From assembly GCF_009914755.1 (NCBI RefSeq), contig NC_060939.1: DNA of 64,000 bases; one strand, 5' to 3'. The translations under genes and the position numbers were made by a program. Under the pieces are notes generated by a model. The model had not been told where the DNA came from. It did no database searches and saw only the letters and a list, made by a program, of their open reading frames with translations. This document shows positions 27,900-41,600 of this stretch, in pieces (the stretch's first letter is position 1; the number at the start of each line of letters is the position of its first letter). This stretch comes from the human T2T-CHM13v2.0 reference genome, Homo sapiens.

Positions 27900-30800
27900 T
27901 TCCGTTCCATTTCTTTCCGTTCTGTACGATTCCTACCGTTCGATTTCATTTTGTTCCAGTCCATTCCTTTCGCGTCCATTCCATTCCATTTCACTCCATT
28001 CGATTCCATTCCACTCGATTCCACTTCGTTCCATTTCATTGCATTCCATTCTATTCAACTCTATTGCCTTCCATTCCATTCCATTCGATTACATTCCATG
28101 CGATTCCATTCGAAATCGAATCAATTACATTGCAAACCATTACTATTGAGTCCGTTTTATTCCAGTCCACTGCATTCTTGTCCATTCCATTTGATTCCAT
28201 TCCATTCTATTCCATTCCATACAGTTGCATTCCATTGGATTCCATGCTATATCTATAAATTCAATTCGAGACCATTGCTTTTGAGTCCATTCTATATGAT
28301 TCCATTCCATTCAAGTCCATTACATTTGGTTCAATTCCATTCCATTCCATTCCCTTTCATTCCATTCCATTTGATATCAATCCATTCGATTCCATTCCAT
28401 TCGAGCACATTCCATTCGAGTCCATTCCATTCGATGCCATTCCATTTGATTCTATTCCATTTGTCTCCATTCAATTCCATTAATCTCCATTCCATTCCAT
28501 TCTACTCCAACTGATTCCATTCCATTCTATTCCTTTCCATTCCATTTCATTCCATTCCATTCCATTTCATTCCGTTCCATTCCACTCGTGTCCATTCCAC
28601 TCCAGTCCATTCCATTCGTGTCCATTCCATTCCAGTCCATTCCATTTGTGTCCACTGCATTCCATTCCACTCCATTCCATATTATTCCATTACACTCCAT
28701 TCCATTCTATTACTTTCATTTCCATTCAATTCCATTCCATTTGATTCCATTCCACTCGGTTTCATTCCATTTGAGTCCACTCCATTCCATTCCATTCCAT
28801 TCCATTCAGTTCCATTCCATTCCTTTCCATTACATTCCATTCCATTCGGTACCATTCCATATTGTTCCATTCGATTCCATTCGAATCCATTCCATTCCAG
28901 TCCATTCCATTCGATTCCATTCCATTCATTTCAATTCCATTCCATTCCATTCCATTCCATTCCACTTGATTCCTCTCCATTCCCTTCCACTGCATTCCGT
29001 TCGATTCCATTCCATTGCATTGCATTCCATTCCTTTGGATTGCATTCCATTCGATTCCATTCCATCGAATCAATTACATAGCAATCCATTACATTCGAGT
29101 CTATTCTATTCCGTTCCATTCGATTTCGTTCCAATCCATTCGATTCCATTCCATTCGATTCCATTCCATACTATTGCATTCCATTCGATTACATTATATT
29201 CGAATAAGTTCCATTCAAGACCATTTCTTTTGAGTCCATTCTATTTGAGTCCATTCCCTTTGATTCCATAACATTTGAGTCCATTCAATTCCATTCCTTT
29301 CGTTTCCATTGCATTTGATGCCATTCCATTCAATTCTGTTCTACTCGACTCCAATACATTCAATTCCATTCCATCCGATTCCATTACATTCTTTTCATTT
29401 CTTATCCATTTCAAGCCATTCCACTCCATTCCATTCCACTCGTTTCCTTTCCATTCGAGTCCATTCCTCTCCAGTCCATTCCGTTCAATCCATTCCATTC
29501 CAGTCCATTCCATTCGAGTCCGTTCCATTCCAGTCCATTCCATTCGAGTCAATTCCATCCCATTCGATGTCTTTCCATAACGATCTATTCCATTCTATTC
29601 CTTTCGATTCCATTCCATTCTATTTCATTCCATTCGATTCCCTTCCATTGGACTCCTTTCCATTCGAGTGCATTCCATTCCGTTCCATTTCTTTCCGTTC
29701 TGTACGATTCCTACCGTTCGATTTCATTTTGTTCCAGTCCATTCCTTTCGCGTCCATTCCATTCCATTTCACTCCATTCGATTCCATTCCACTCGATTCC
29801 ACTTCGTTCCATTTCATTGCATTCCATTCTATTCAACTCTATTGCCTTCCATTCCATTCCATTCGATTACATTCCATGCGATTCCATTCGAAATCGAATC
29901 AATTACATTGCAATCCATTACTATTGAGTCCATTTTATTCCAGTCCACTGCATTCTGGTCCATTCCATTTGATTCCATTCCATTCTATTCCATTCCATAC
30001 AGTTGCATTCCATTGAACTCCATTGTATATCTATAAATTCAATTCGAGACCATTGCTTTTGAGTCCATTCTATATGATTCCATTCCATTCAAGTCCATTA
30101 CATTTGGTTCAATTCCATTCCATTCCATTCCCTTCCATTCCATTCCAGTTGATATCAATCCATTCGATTCCATTCCATTCGAGCACATTCCATTCGAGTC
30201 CATTCCATTCGATGCCATTCCATTTGATTCTATTCCATTAGTCTCCATTCAATTCCATTAATCTCCATTCCATTCCATTCTACTCCAACTGATTCCATTC
30301 CATTCTATTCCTTTCCATTCCATTTCATTCCATTCCATTCCATTTCATTCCATTCCATTCCATTCCATTCCATTCGCTTCCATTCCATTCGTGTCCATTG
30401 CATTCCAGTCCATTCCATTTGTGTCCACTGCATTCCATTCCACTCCATTCCATATTATTCCATTACACTCCATTCCATTCTATTACTTTCATTTCCATTG
30501 AATTCCATTCCATTTGATTCCATTCCACTCGGTTTCATTCCATTTGAGTCCACTCCACTCCATTCCATTCCATTCCATTCCATTCAGTTCCATTCCATTC
30601 TGTTCCATTCCATTCCGTTCCATTGCATTCCATTCCATTCGGTACCATTCCATATTGTTCCATTCGATTCCATTCGAATCCATTCCATTCCAGTCCATTC
30701 CATTCGATTCCATTCCATTCCTTTCAATTCCATTCCATTCCATTCCATTCCACTTGATTCCACTCCATTCCCTTCCACTGCATTCCATTGCATTGCATTC

Positions 30801-33800
30801 CATTCCATTGGACTGCATTCCATTCGATTCCATTCCATTCGAATCAATTACATAGCAATCCATTACATTCGAGTCTATTCTATTGCGTTCCATTCGATTT
30901 CGTTCCAATCCATTCGATTCCATTCCATTCGATTCCATTCCATACTATTGCATTCCATTCTATTACATTATATTCGAAAAAGTTCCATTCAAGACCATTT
31001 CTTTTGAGTCCATTCTATTTGAGTCCATTCCCTTTGATTCCATAACATTTGAGTCCATTCAATTCCATTCCTTTCGTTTCCATTCCATTTGATGCCATTC
31101 CATTCAATTCTGTTCTACTCGACTCCAATACATTCAATTCCATTCCATCCGATTCCATTACATTCTTTTCATTTCTTATCCATTTCAAGCCATTCCACTC
31201 CATTCCATTCCACTCGTTTCCTTTCCATTCGAGTCCATTCCTCTCCAGTCCATTCCGTTCAATCCATTCCATTCCAGTCCATTCCATTCGAGTCTGATCC
31301 ATTCCAGTCCATTCCATTCGAGTCAATTCCATCCCATTCGATGTCTTTCCATAACGATCCATTCCATTCTATTCCTTTCGATTCCATTCCATTCTATTTC
31401 ATTCCATTCGATTCCCTTCCATTGGACTCCTTTCCATTCGAGTGCATTCCATTCCGTTCCATTTCTTTCCGTTCTGTACGATTCCTACCGTTCGATTTCA
31501 TTTTCTTCCAGTCCATTCTTTCGCGTCCATTCCATTCCATTTCACTCCATTCGATTCCATTCCACTCGATTCCACTTCGTTCCATTTCATTGCATTCCAT
31601 TCTATTCAACTCTATTGCCTTCCATTCCATTCCATTCGATTACATTCCATGCGATTCCATTCGAAATCGAATCAATTACATTGCAATCCATTACTATTGA
31701 GTCCGTTTTATTCCAGTCCACTGCATTCTGGTCCATTCCATTTGATTCCATTCCATTCTATTCCATTCCATACAGTTGCATTCCATTGGATTCCATGCTA
31801 TATCTATAAATTCAATTCGAGACCATTGCTTTTGAGTCCATTCTATATGATTCCATTCCATTCAAGTCCATTACATTTGGTTAAATTCCATTCCATTCGG
31901 TTCAATTCCATTCCATTCCATTCCCTTCCATTCCATTCCAGTTGATATCAATCCATTCGATTCCATTCCATTCGAGCACATTCCATTCGAGTCCATTCCA
32001 TTCGATGCCATTCCATTTGATTCTATTCCATTAGTCTCCATTCAATTCCATTAATCTCCATTCCATTCCATTCTACTCCAACTGATTCCATTCCATTCTA
32101 TTCCTTTCCATTCCATTTCATTCCATTCCATTCCATTCCATTCCATTCCATTCCATTCCATTCGTGTCCATTCCACTCCAGTCCATTCCATTCGTATCCA
32201 TTCCATTCCAGTCCATTCCATTTGTGTCCACTGCATTCCATTCCACTCCATTCCATATTATTCCATTACACTCCATTCCATTCTATTACTTTCATTTCCA
32301 TTCAATTCCATTCCATTTGATTCCATTCCACTCGGTTTCATTCCATTTGAGTCCACTCCATTCCATTCCATTCCATTCAGTTCCATTCCATTCTGTTCCA
32401 TTCCATTCCGTACCGTTACATTCCATTCCATTCGGTACCATTCCATATTGTTCCATTCGATTCCATTCGAATCCATTCCATTCCAGTCCATTCCATTCGA
32501 TTCCATTCCATTCATTTCAATTCCATTCCATTCCATACCATTACATTCCACTTGATTCCTCTCCATTCACTTCCACTGCATTCCGTTCGATTCCATTCCA
32601 TTGCATTGCATTCCATTCCATTGGATTGCATTCCATTCGATTCCATTCCATTCGAATCAATTACATAGCAATCCATTACATTCGAGTCTATTCTCTTCCG
32701 TTCCATTCGATTTCGTTCCAATCCATTCGATTCCATTCCATTCGATTCCATTCCATACTATTGCATTCCATTCTATTACATTATATTCGAATAAGTTCCA
32801 TTCAAGACCATTTCTTTTGAGTCCATTCTATTTGAGTCCATTCCCTTTGATTCCATAACATTTGAGTCCATTCAATTCCATTCCTTTCGTTTCCATTCCA
32901 TTTGATGCCATTCCATTCAATTCTGTTCTACTCGACTCCAATACATTCAATTCCATTCCATCCGATTCCATTACATTCTTTTCATTTCTTATCCATTTCA
33001 AGCAATTCCACTCCATTCCATTCCACTCGTTTCCTTTCCATTCGAGTCCATACCTCTCCAGTCCATTCCGTTCAATCCATTCCATTCCAGTCCATTCCAT
33101 TCGAGTCCGTTCCATTCCAGTCCATTCCATTCGAGTCAATTCCATTCCATTCGATGTCTTTCCATAACGATCCATTCCATTCTATTCCTTTCGATTCCAT
33201 TCCATTCTATTTCATTCCATTCGATTCCCTTCCATTGGACTCCTTTCCATTCGAGTGCATTCCATTCCGTTCCATTTCTTTCCGTTCTGTACGATTCCTA
33301 CCGTTCGATTTCATTTTGTTCCAGTCCATTCTTTCGCGTCCATTCCATTCCATTTCACTCCATTCGATTCCATTCCACTCGATTCCACTTCGTTCCATTT
33401 CATTGCATTCCATTCTATTCAACTCTATTGCCTTCCATTCCATTCCATTCCATTACATTCCATGCGATTCCATTCGAAATCGAATCAATTACATTACAAT
33501 CCATTACTATTGAGTCCGTTTTATTCCAGTCCACTGCATTCTGGTCCATTCCATTTGATTCCATTCCATTCTATTCCATTCCATACAGTTGCATTCCATT
33601 GGATTCCATGCTATATCTATAAATTCAATTCGAGACCATTGCTTTTGAGTCCATTCTATATGATTCCATTCCATTCAAGTCCATTACATTTGGTTAAATT
33701 CCATTCCATTCGGTTCAATTCCATTCCATTCCATTCCCTTCCATTCCATTCCAGTTGATATCAATCCATTCGATTCCATTCCATTCGAGCACATTCCATT

Positions 33801-35650
33801 CGAGTCCATTCCATTCGATGCCATTCCATTTGATTCTATTCCATTAGTCTCCATTCAATTCCATTAATCTCCATTCCATTCCATTCTACTCCAACTGATT
33901 CCATTCCATTCTATTCTTTTCCATTCCATTTCATTCCATTCCATTCAATTCCATTCCATTCCATTCCATTCGTGTCCATTCCACTCCAGTCCATTCCATT
34001 GGTATCCATTCCATTCCAGTCCATTCCATTTGTGTCCACTGCATTCCATTCCACTCCATTCCATATTATTCCATTACACTCCATTCCATTCTATTACTTT
34101 CATTTCCATTCAATTCCATTCCATTTGATTCCATTCCACTCGGTTTCATTCCATTTGAGTCCACTCCATTCCATTCCATTCCATTCAGTTCCATTCCATT
34201 CTGTTCCATTCCATTCCGTTCCATTACATTCCATTCCATTCGGTACCATTCCATATTGTTCCATTCGATTCCATTCGAATCCATTCCATTCCAGTCCATT
34301 CTATTCGATTCCATTCCATTCATTTCAATTCCATTAAATTCCATTCCATTACATTCCACTTGATTCCTCTCCATTCCCTTCCACTGCATTCCGTTCGATT
34401 CCATTCCATTGCATTGCATTCCATTCCATTGGATTGCATTCCATTCGATTCCATTCCATTCGAATCAATTACATAGCAATCCATTACATTCGAGTCTATT
34501 CTCTTCCGTTCCATTCGATTTCGTTCCAATCCATTCGATTCCATTCCATTCGATTCCATTCCATACTATTGCATTCCATTCGATTACATTATATTCGAAT
34601 AAGTTCCATTCAAGACCATTTCTTTTGAGTCCATTCTATTTGAGTCCATTCCCTTTGATTCCATAACATTTGAGTCCATTCAATTCCATTCCTTTCGTTT
34701 CCATTCCATTTGATGCCATTCCATTCAATTCTGTTCTACTCGACTCCAATACATTCAATTCCATTCCATCCGATTCCATTACATTCTTTTCATTTCTTAT
34801 CCATTTCAAGCCATTCCACTCCATTCCATTCCACTCGTTTCCTTTCCATTCGAGTCCATTCCTCTCCAGTCCATTCCGTTCAATCCATTCCATTCCAGTC
34901 CATTCCATTCGAGTCCATTCCATTCCAGTCCATTCCATTCGAGTCAATTCCATTCCATTCGATGTCTTTCCATAACGATCCATTCCATTCTATTCCTTTC
35001 GATTCCATTCCATTCTATTTCATTCCATTCGATTCCCTTCCATTGGACTCCTTTCCATTCGAGTGCATTCCATTCCATTCCATTTCTTTCCGTTCTGTAC
35101 GATTCCTACCGTTCGATTTCATTTTGTTCCAGTCCATTCTTTCGCGTCCATTCCATTCCATTTCACTCCATTCGATTCCATTCCACTCGATTCCACTTCG
35201 TTCCATTTCATTGCATTCCATTCTATTCAACTCTATTGCCTTCCATTCCATTCCATTCGATTACATTCCATGCGATTCCATTCGAAATCGAATCAATTAC
35301 ATTGCAATCCATTACTATTGAGTCCGTTTTATTCCAGTCCACTGCATTCTGGTCCATTCCATTTGATTCCATTCCATTCTATTCCATTCCATACAGTTGC
35401 ATTCCATTGGATTCCATGCTATATCTATAAATTCAATTCGAGACCATTGCTTTTGAGTCCATTCTATATGATTCCATTCCATTCAAGTCCATTACATTTG
35501 GTTAAATTCCATTCCATTCGGTTCAATTCCATTCCATTCCATTCCCTTCCATTCCATTCCAGTTGATATCAATCCATTCGATTCCATTCCATTCGAGCAC
35601 ATTCCATTCGAGTCCATTCCATTCGATGCCATTCCATTTGATTCTATTCC
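27900..35650. repeat. Copy of ~2700-10450 (offset ~25,195 bp, 14 monomers)
   Basis: Anchors 4080/29275, 5854/31049, 7672/32862, 9480/34670. Shared variants: TGCAAACC (2935/28131), CTTGTCC, GATCTATT, TTGAACTCCATTGTAT, CGAAAAAG, AAGCAATTCC, TTGGTATCC. Confidence 0.88.
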
Positions 35651-38600
35651 ATTAGTCTCCATTCACTTCCATTAATCTCCATTCCATTCCATTCTACTCC
35701 AACTGATTCCATTCCATTCTATTCCTTTCCATTCCATTTCATTCCATTCCATTCCATTTCATTCCATTCCATTCCATTCCATTCCATTTGCTTCCATTCC
35801 ATTCGTGTCCATTGCATTCCAGTCCATTCCATTTGTGTCCACTGCATTCCATTCCACTCCATTCCATATTATTCCATTACACTCCATTCCATTCTATTAC
35901 TTTCATTTCCATTCAATTCCATTCCATTTGATTCCATTCCACTCGGTTTCATTCCATTTGAGTCCACTCCATTCCATTCCATTCAGTTCCATTCCATTCT
36001 GTTCCATTCCATTCCGTTCCATTGCATTCCATTCCATTCGGTACCATTCCATATTGTTCCATTCGATTCCATTCGAATCCATTCCATTCCAGTCCATTCC
36101 ATTCGATTCCATTCCATTCCTTTCAATTCCATTCCATTCTATTCCATTCCACTTGATTCCACTCCATTCCCTTCCACTGCATTCCATTGCATTGCATTCC
36201 ATTCCATTGGATTGCATTCCATTCGATTCCATTCCATTCGAATCAATTACATAGCAATCCATTACATTCGAGTCTATTCTATTCCGTTCCATTCGATTTC
36301 GTTCCAATCCATTCGATTCCATTCCATTCGATTCCATTCCATACTATTGCATTCCATTCGATTACATTATATTCCAATAAGTTCCATTCAAGACCATTTC
36401 TTTTGAGTCCATTCTATTTGAGTCCATTCCCTTTGATTCCATAACATTTGAGTCCATTCAATTCCATTCCTTTCGTTTCCATTCCATTTGATGCCATTCC
36501 ATTCAATTCTGTTCTACTCGACTCCAATACATTCAATTCCATTCCATCCGATTCCATTACATTCTTTTCATTTCTTATCCATTTCAAGCCATTCCACTCC
36601 ATTCCATTCCACTCGTTTCCTTTCCATTCGAGTCCATTCCTCTCCAGTCCATTCCGTTCAATCCATTCCATTCCAGTCCATTCCATTCGAGTCCGTTCCA
36701 TTCCAGTCCATTCCATTCGAGTCAATTCCATTCCATTCGATGTCTTTCCATAACGATCCATTCCATTCTATTCCTTTCGATTCCATTCCATTCTATTTCA
36801 TTCCATTCGATTCCCTTCCATTGGACTCCTTTCCATTCGAGTGCATTCCATTCCGTTCCATTTCTTTCCGTTCTGTACGATTCCTACCGTTCGATTTCAT
36901 TTTGTTCCAGTCCATTCCTTTCGCGTCCATTCCATTCCATTTCACTCCATTCGATTCCATTCCACTCGATTCCACTTCGTTCCATTTCATTGCATTCCAT
37001 TCTATTCAACTCTATTGCCTTCCATTCCATTCCATTCGATTACATTCCATGCGATTCCATTCGAAATCGAATCAATTACATTGCAATCCAGTACTATTGA
37101 GTCCATTTCATTGCAGTCCACTGCATTCTGGTCCATTCCATTTGATTCCATTCCATTCTATTCCATTCCATACAGTTGCATTCCATTGGATTCCATTCTA
37201 TATCTATAAATTCAATTCGAGACCATTGCTTTTGAGTCCATTCTACATGATTCCATTCCATTCAAGTCCATTACATTTGGTTCAATTCCATTCCATTCCA
37301 TTCCCTTCCATTCCATTCCAGTTGATATCAATCCATTCGATTCCATTCCACTCGAGCACATTCCATTCGAGTCCATTCCATTCGATGCCATTCCATTTGG
37401 TTCTATTCCATTAGTCTCCATTCAATTCCATTAATCTCCATTCCATTCCATTCTACTCCAACTGATTCCATTCCATTCTATTCCTTTCCATTCCATTTCA
37501 TTCCATTCCATTCCATTTCATTCCATTCCATTCCATTCCATTCCATTCGCTTCCATTCCATTCGTGTCCATTCCATTCCAGTCCATTCCATTTGTGTCCA
37601 CTGCATTCCATTCCACTCCATTCCATATTATTCCATTACACTCCATTCCATTCTATTACTTTCATTTCCATTCAATTCCATTCCATTTGATTCCATTCCA
37701 CTCGGTTTCATTCCATTTGAGTCCACTCCATTCCATTCCATTCCATTCCATTCCATTCAGTTCCATTCCATTCTGTTCCATTCCATTCCGTTCCATTGCA
37801 TTCCATTCCATTCGGTACCATTCCATATTGTTCCATTCGATTCCATTCGAATCCATTCCATTCCAGTCCATTCCATTTGATTCCATTCCATTCCTTTCAA
37901 TTCCATTCCATTCCATTCCATTCCACTTGATTCCTCTCCATTCCCTTCCACTGCATTCCATTCGATTCCATTCCATTGCATTGCATTCCATTCCATTGGA
38001 CTGCATTCCATTCGATTCCATTCCATTCGAATCAATTACATAGCAATCCATTACATTCGAGTCTATTCTCTTCCGTTCCATTCGATTTCGTTCCAATCCA
38101 TTCGATTCCATTCCATTCGATTCCATTCCATACTATTGCATTCCATTCGATTACATTATATTCGAATAAGTTCCATTCAAGACCATTTCTTTTGAGTCCA
38201 TTCTATTTGAGTCCATTCCCTTTGATTCCATAACATTTGAGTCCATTCAATTCCATTCCTTTCGTTTCCATTCCATTTGATGCCATTCCATTCAATTCTG
38301 TTCTACTCGACTCCAATACATTCAATTCCATTCCATCCGATTCCATTACATTCTTTTCATTTCTTATCCATTTCAAGCCATTCCACTCCATTCCATTCCA
38401 CTCGTTTCCTTTCCATTCGAGTCCATTCCTCTCCAGTCCATTCCGTTCTATCCATTCCATTCCAGTCCATTCCATTCGAGTCCGTTCCATTCCAGTCCAT
38501 TCCATTCGAGTCAATTCCATCCCATTCGATGTTTTCCATAACGATCCATTCCATTCTATTCCTTTCGATTCCATTCCATTCTATTTCATTCCATTCGATT

Positions 38601-41600
38601 CCCTTCCATTGGACTCCTTTCCATTCGAGTGCATTCCATTCCGTTCCATTTCTTTCCGTTCTGTACGATTCCTACCGTTCGATTTCATTTTGTTCCAGTC
38701 CATTCTTTCGCGTCCATTCCATTCCATTTCACTCCATTCGATTCCATTCCACTCGATTCCACTTCGTTCCATTTCATTGCATTCCATTCTATTCAACTCT
38801 ATTGCCTTCCATTCCATTCCATTCGATTACATTCCATGCGATTCCATTCGAAATCGAATCAATTACATTGCAATCCATTACTATTGAGTCCGTTTTATTC
38901 CAGTCCACTGCATTCTGGTCCATTCCATTTGATTCCATTCCATTCTATTCCATTCCATACAGTTGCATTCCATTGGATTCCATGCTATATCTATAAATTC
39001 AATTCGAGACCATTGCTTTTGAGTCCATTCTATATGATTCCATTCCATTCAAGTCCATTACATTTGGTTAAATTCCATTCCATTCGGTTCAATTCCATTC
39101 CATTCCATTCCCTTCCATTCCATTCCAGTTGATATCAATCCATTCGATTCCATTCCATTCGAGCACATTCCATTCGAGTCCATTCCATTCGATGCCATTC
39201 CATTTGATTCTATTCCATTAGTCTCCATTCAATTCCATTAATCTCCATTCCATTCCATTCTACTCCAACTGATTCCATTCCATTCTATTCTTTTCCATTC
39301 CATTTCATTCCATTCCATTCAATTCCATTCCATTCCATTCCATTCGTGTCCATTCCACTCCAGTCCATTCCATTGGTATCCATTCCATTCCAGTCCATTC
39401 CATTTGTGTCCACTGCATTCCATTCCACTCCATTCCATATTATTCCATTACACTCCATTCCATTCTATTACTTTCATTTCCATTCAATTCCATTCCATTT
39501 GATTCCATTCCACTCGGTTTCATTCCATTTGAGTCCACTCCATTCCATTCCATTCCATTCAGTTCCATTCCATTCTGTTCCATTCCATTCCGTTCCATTA
39601 CATTCCATTCCATTCGGTACCATTCCATATTGTTCCATTCGATTCCATTCGAATCCATTCCATTCCAGTCCATTCCATTCGATTCCATTCCATTCATTTC
39701 AATTCCATTAAATTCCATTCCATTACATTCCACTTGATTCCTCTCCATTCCCTTCCACTGCATTCCGTTCGATTCCATTCCATTGCATTGCATTCCATTC
39801 CATTGGATTGCATTCCATTCGATTCCATTCCATTCGAATCAATTACATAGCAATCCATTACATTCGAGTCTATTCTCTTCCGTTCCATTCGATTTCGTTC
39901 CAATCCATTCGATTCCATTCCATTCGATTCCATTCCATACTATTGCATTCCATTCGATTACATTATATTCGAATAAGTTCCATTCAAGACCATTTCTTTT
40001 GAGTCCATTCTATTTGAGTCCATTCCCTTTGATTCCATAACATTTGAGTCCATTCAATTCCATTCCTTTCGTTTCCATTCCATTTGATGCCATTCCATTC
40101 AATTCTGTTCTACTCGACTCCAATACATTCAATTCCATTCCATCCGATTCCATTACATTCTTTTCATTTCTTATCCATTTCAAGCCATTCCACTCCATTC
40201 CATTCCACTCGTTTCCTTTCCATTCGAGTCCATTCCTCTCCAGTCCATTCCGTTCAATCCATTCCATTCCAGTCCATTCCATTCGAGTCCATTCCATTCC
40301 AGTCCATTCCATTCGAGTCAATTCCATTCCATTCGATGTCTTTCCATAACGATCCATTCCATTCTATTCCTTTCGATTCCATTCCATTCTATTTCATTCC
40401 ATTCGATTCCCTTCCATTGGACTCCTTTCCATTCGAGTGCATTCCATTCCATTCCATTTCTTTCCGTTCTGTACGATTCCTACCGTTCGATTTCATTTTG
40501 TTCCAGTCCATTCTTTCGCGTCCATTCCATTCCATTTCACTCCATTCGATTCCATTCCACTCGATTCCACTTCGTTCCATTTCATTGCATTCCATTCTAT
40601 TCAACTCTATTGCCTTCCATTCCATTCCATTCGATTACATTCCATGCGATTCCATTCGAAATCGAATCAATTACATTGCAATCCATTACTATTGAGTCCG
40701 TTTTATTCCAGTCCACTGCATTCTGGTCCATTCCATTTGATTCCATTCCATTCTATTCCATTCCATACAGTTGCATTCCATTGGATTCCATGCTATATCT
40801 ATAAATTCAATTCGAGACCATTGCTTTTGAGTCCATTCTATATGATTCCATTCCATTCAAGTCCATTACATTTGGTTAAATTCCATTCCATTCGGTTCAA
40901 TTCCATTCCATTCCATTCCCTTCCATTCCATTCCAGTTGATATCAATCCATTCGATTCCATTCCATTCGAGCACATTCCATTCGAGTCCATTCCATTCGA
41001 TGCCATTCCATTTGATTCTATTCCATTAGTCTCCATTCACTTCCATTAATCTCCATTCCATTCCATTCTATTCCAACTGATTCCATTCCATTCTATTCCT
41101 TTCCATTCCATTTCATTCCATTCCATTCCATTTCATTCCATTCCATTCCATTCCATTCCATTTGCTTCCATTCCATTCGTGTCCATTGCATTCCAGTCCA
41201 TTCCATTTGTGTCCACTGCATTCCATTCCACTCCATTCCATATTATTCCATTACACTCCATTCCATTCTATTACTTTCATTTCCATTCAATTCCATTCCA
41301 TTTGATTCCATTCCACTCGGTTTCATTCCATTTGAGTCCACTCCATTCCATTCCATTCAGTTCCATTCCATTCTGTTCCATTCCATTCCGTTCCATTGCA
41401 TTCCATTCCATTCGGTACCATTCCATATTGTTCCATTCGATTCCATTCGAATCCATTCCATTCCAGTCCATTCCATTCGATTCCATTCCATTCCTTTCAA
41501 TTCCATTCCATTCTATTCCATTCCACTTGATTCCACTCCATTCCCTTCCACTGCATTCCATTGCATTGCATTCCATTCCATTGGATTGCATTCCATTCGA

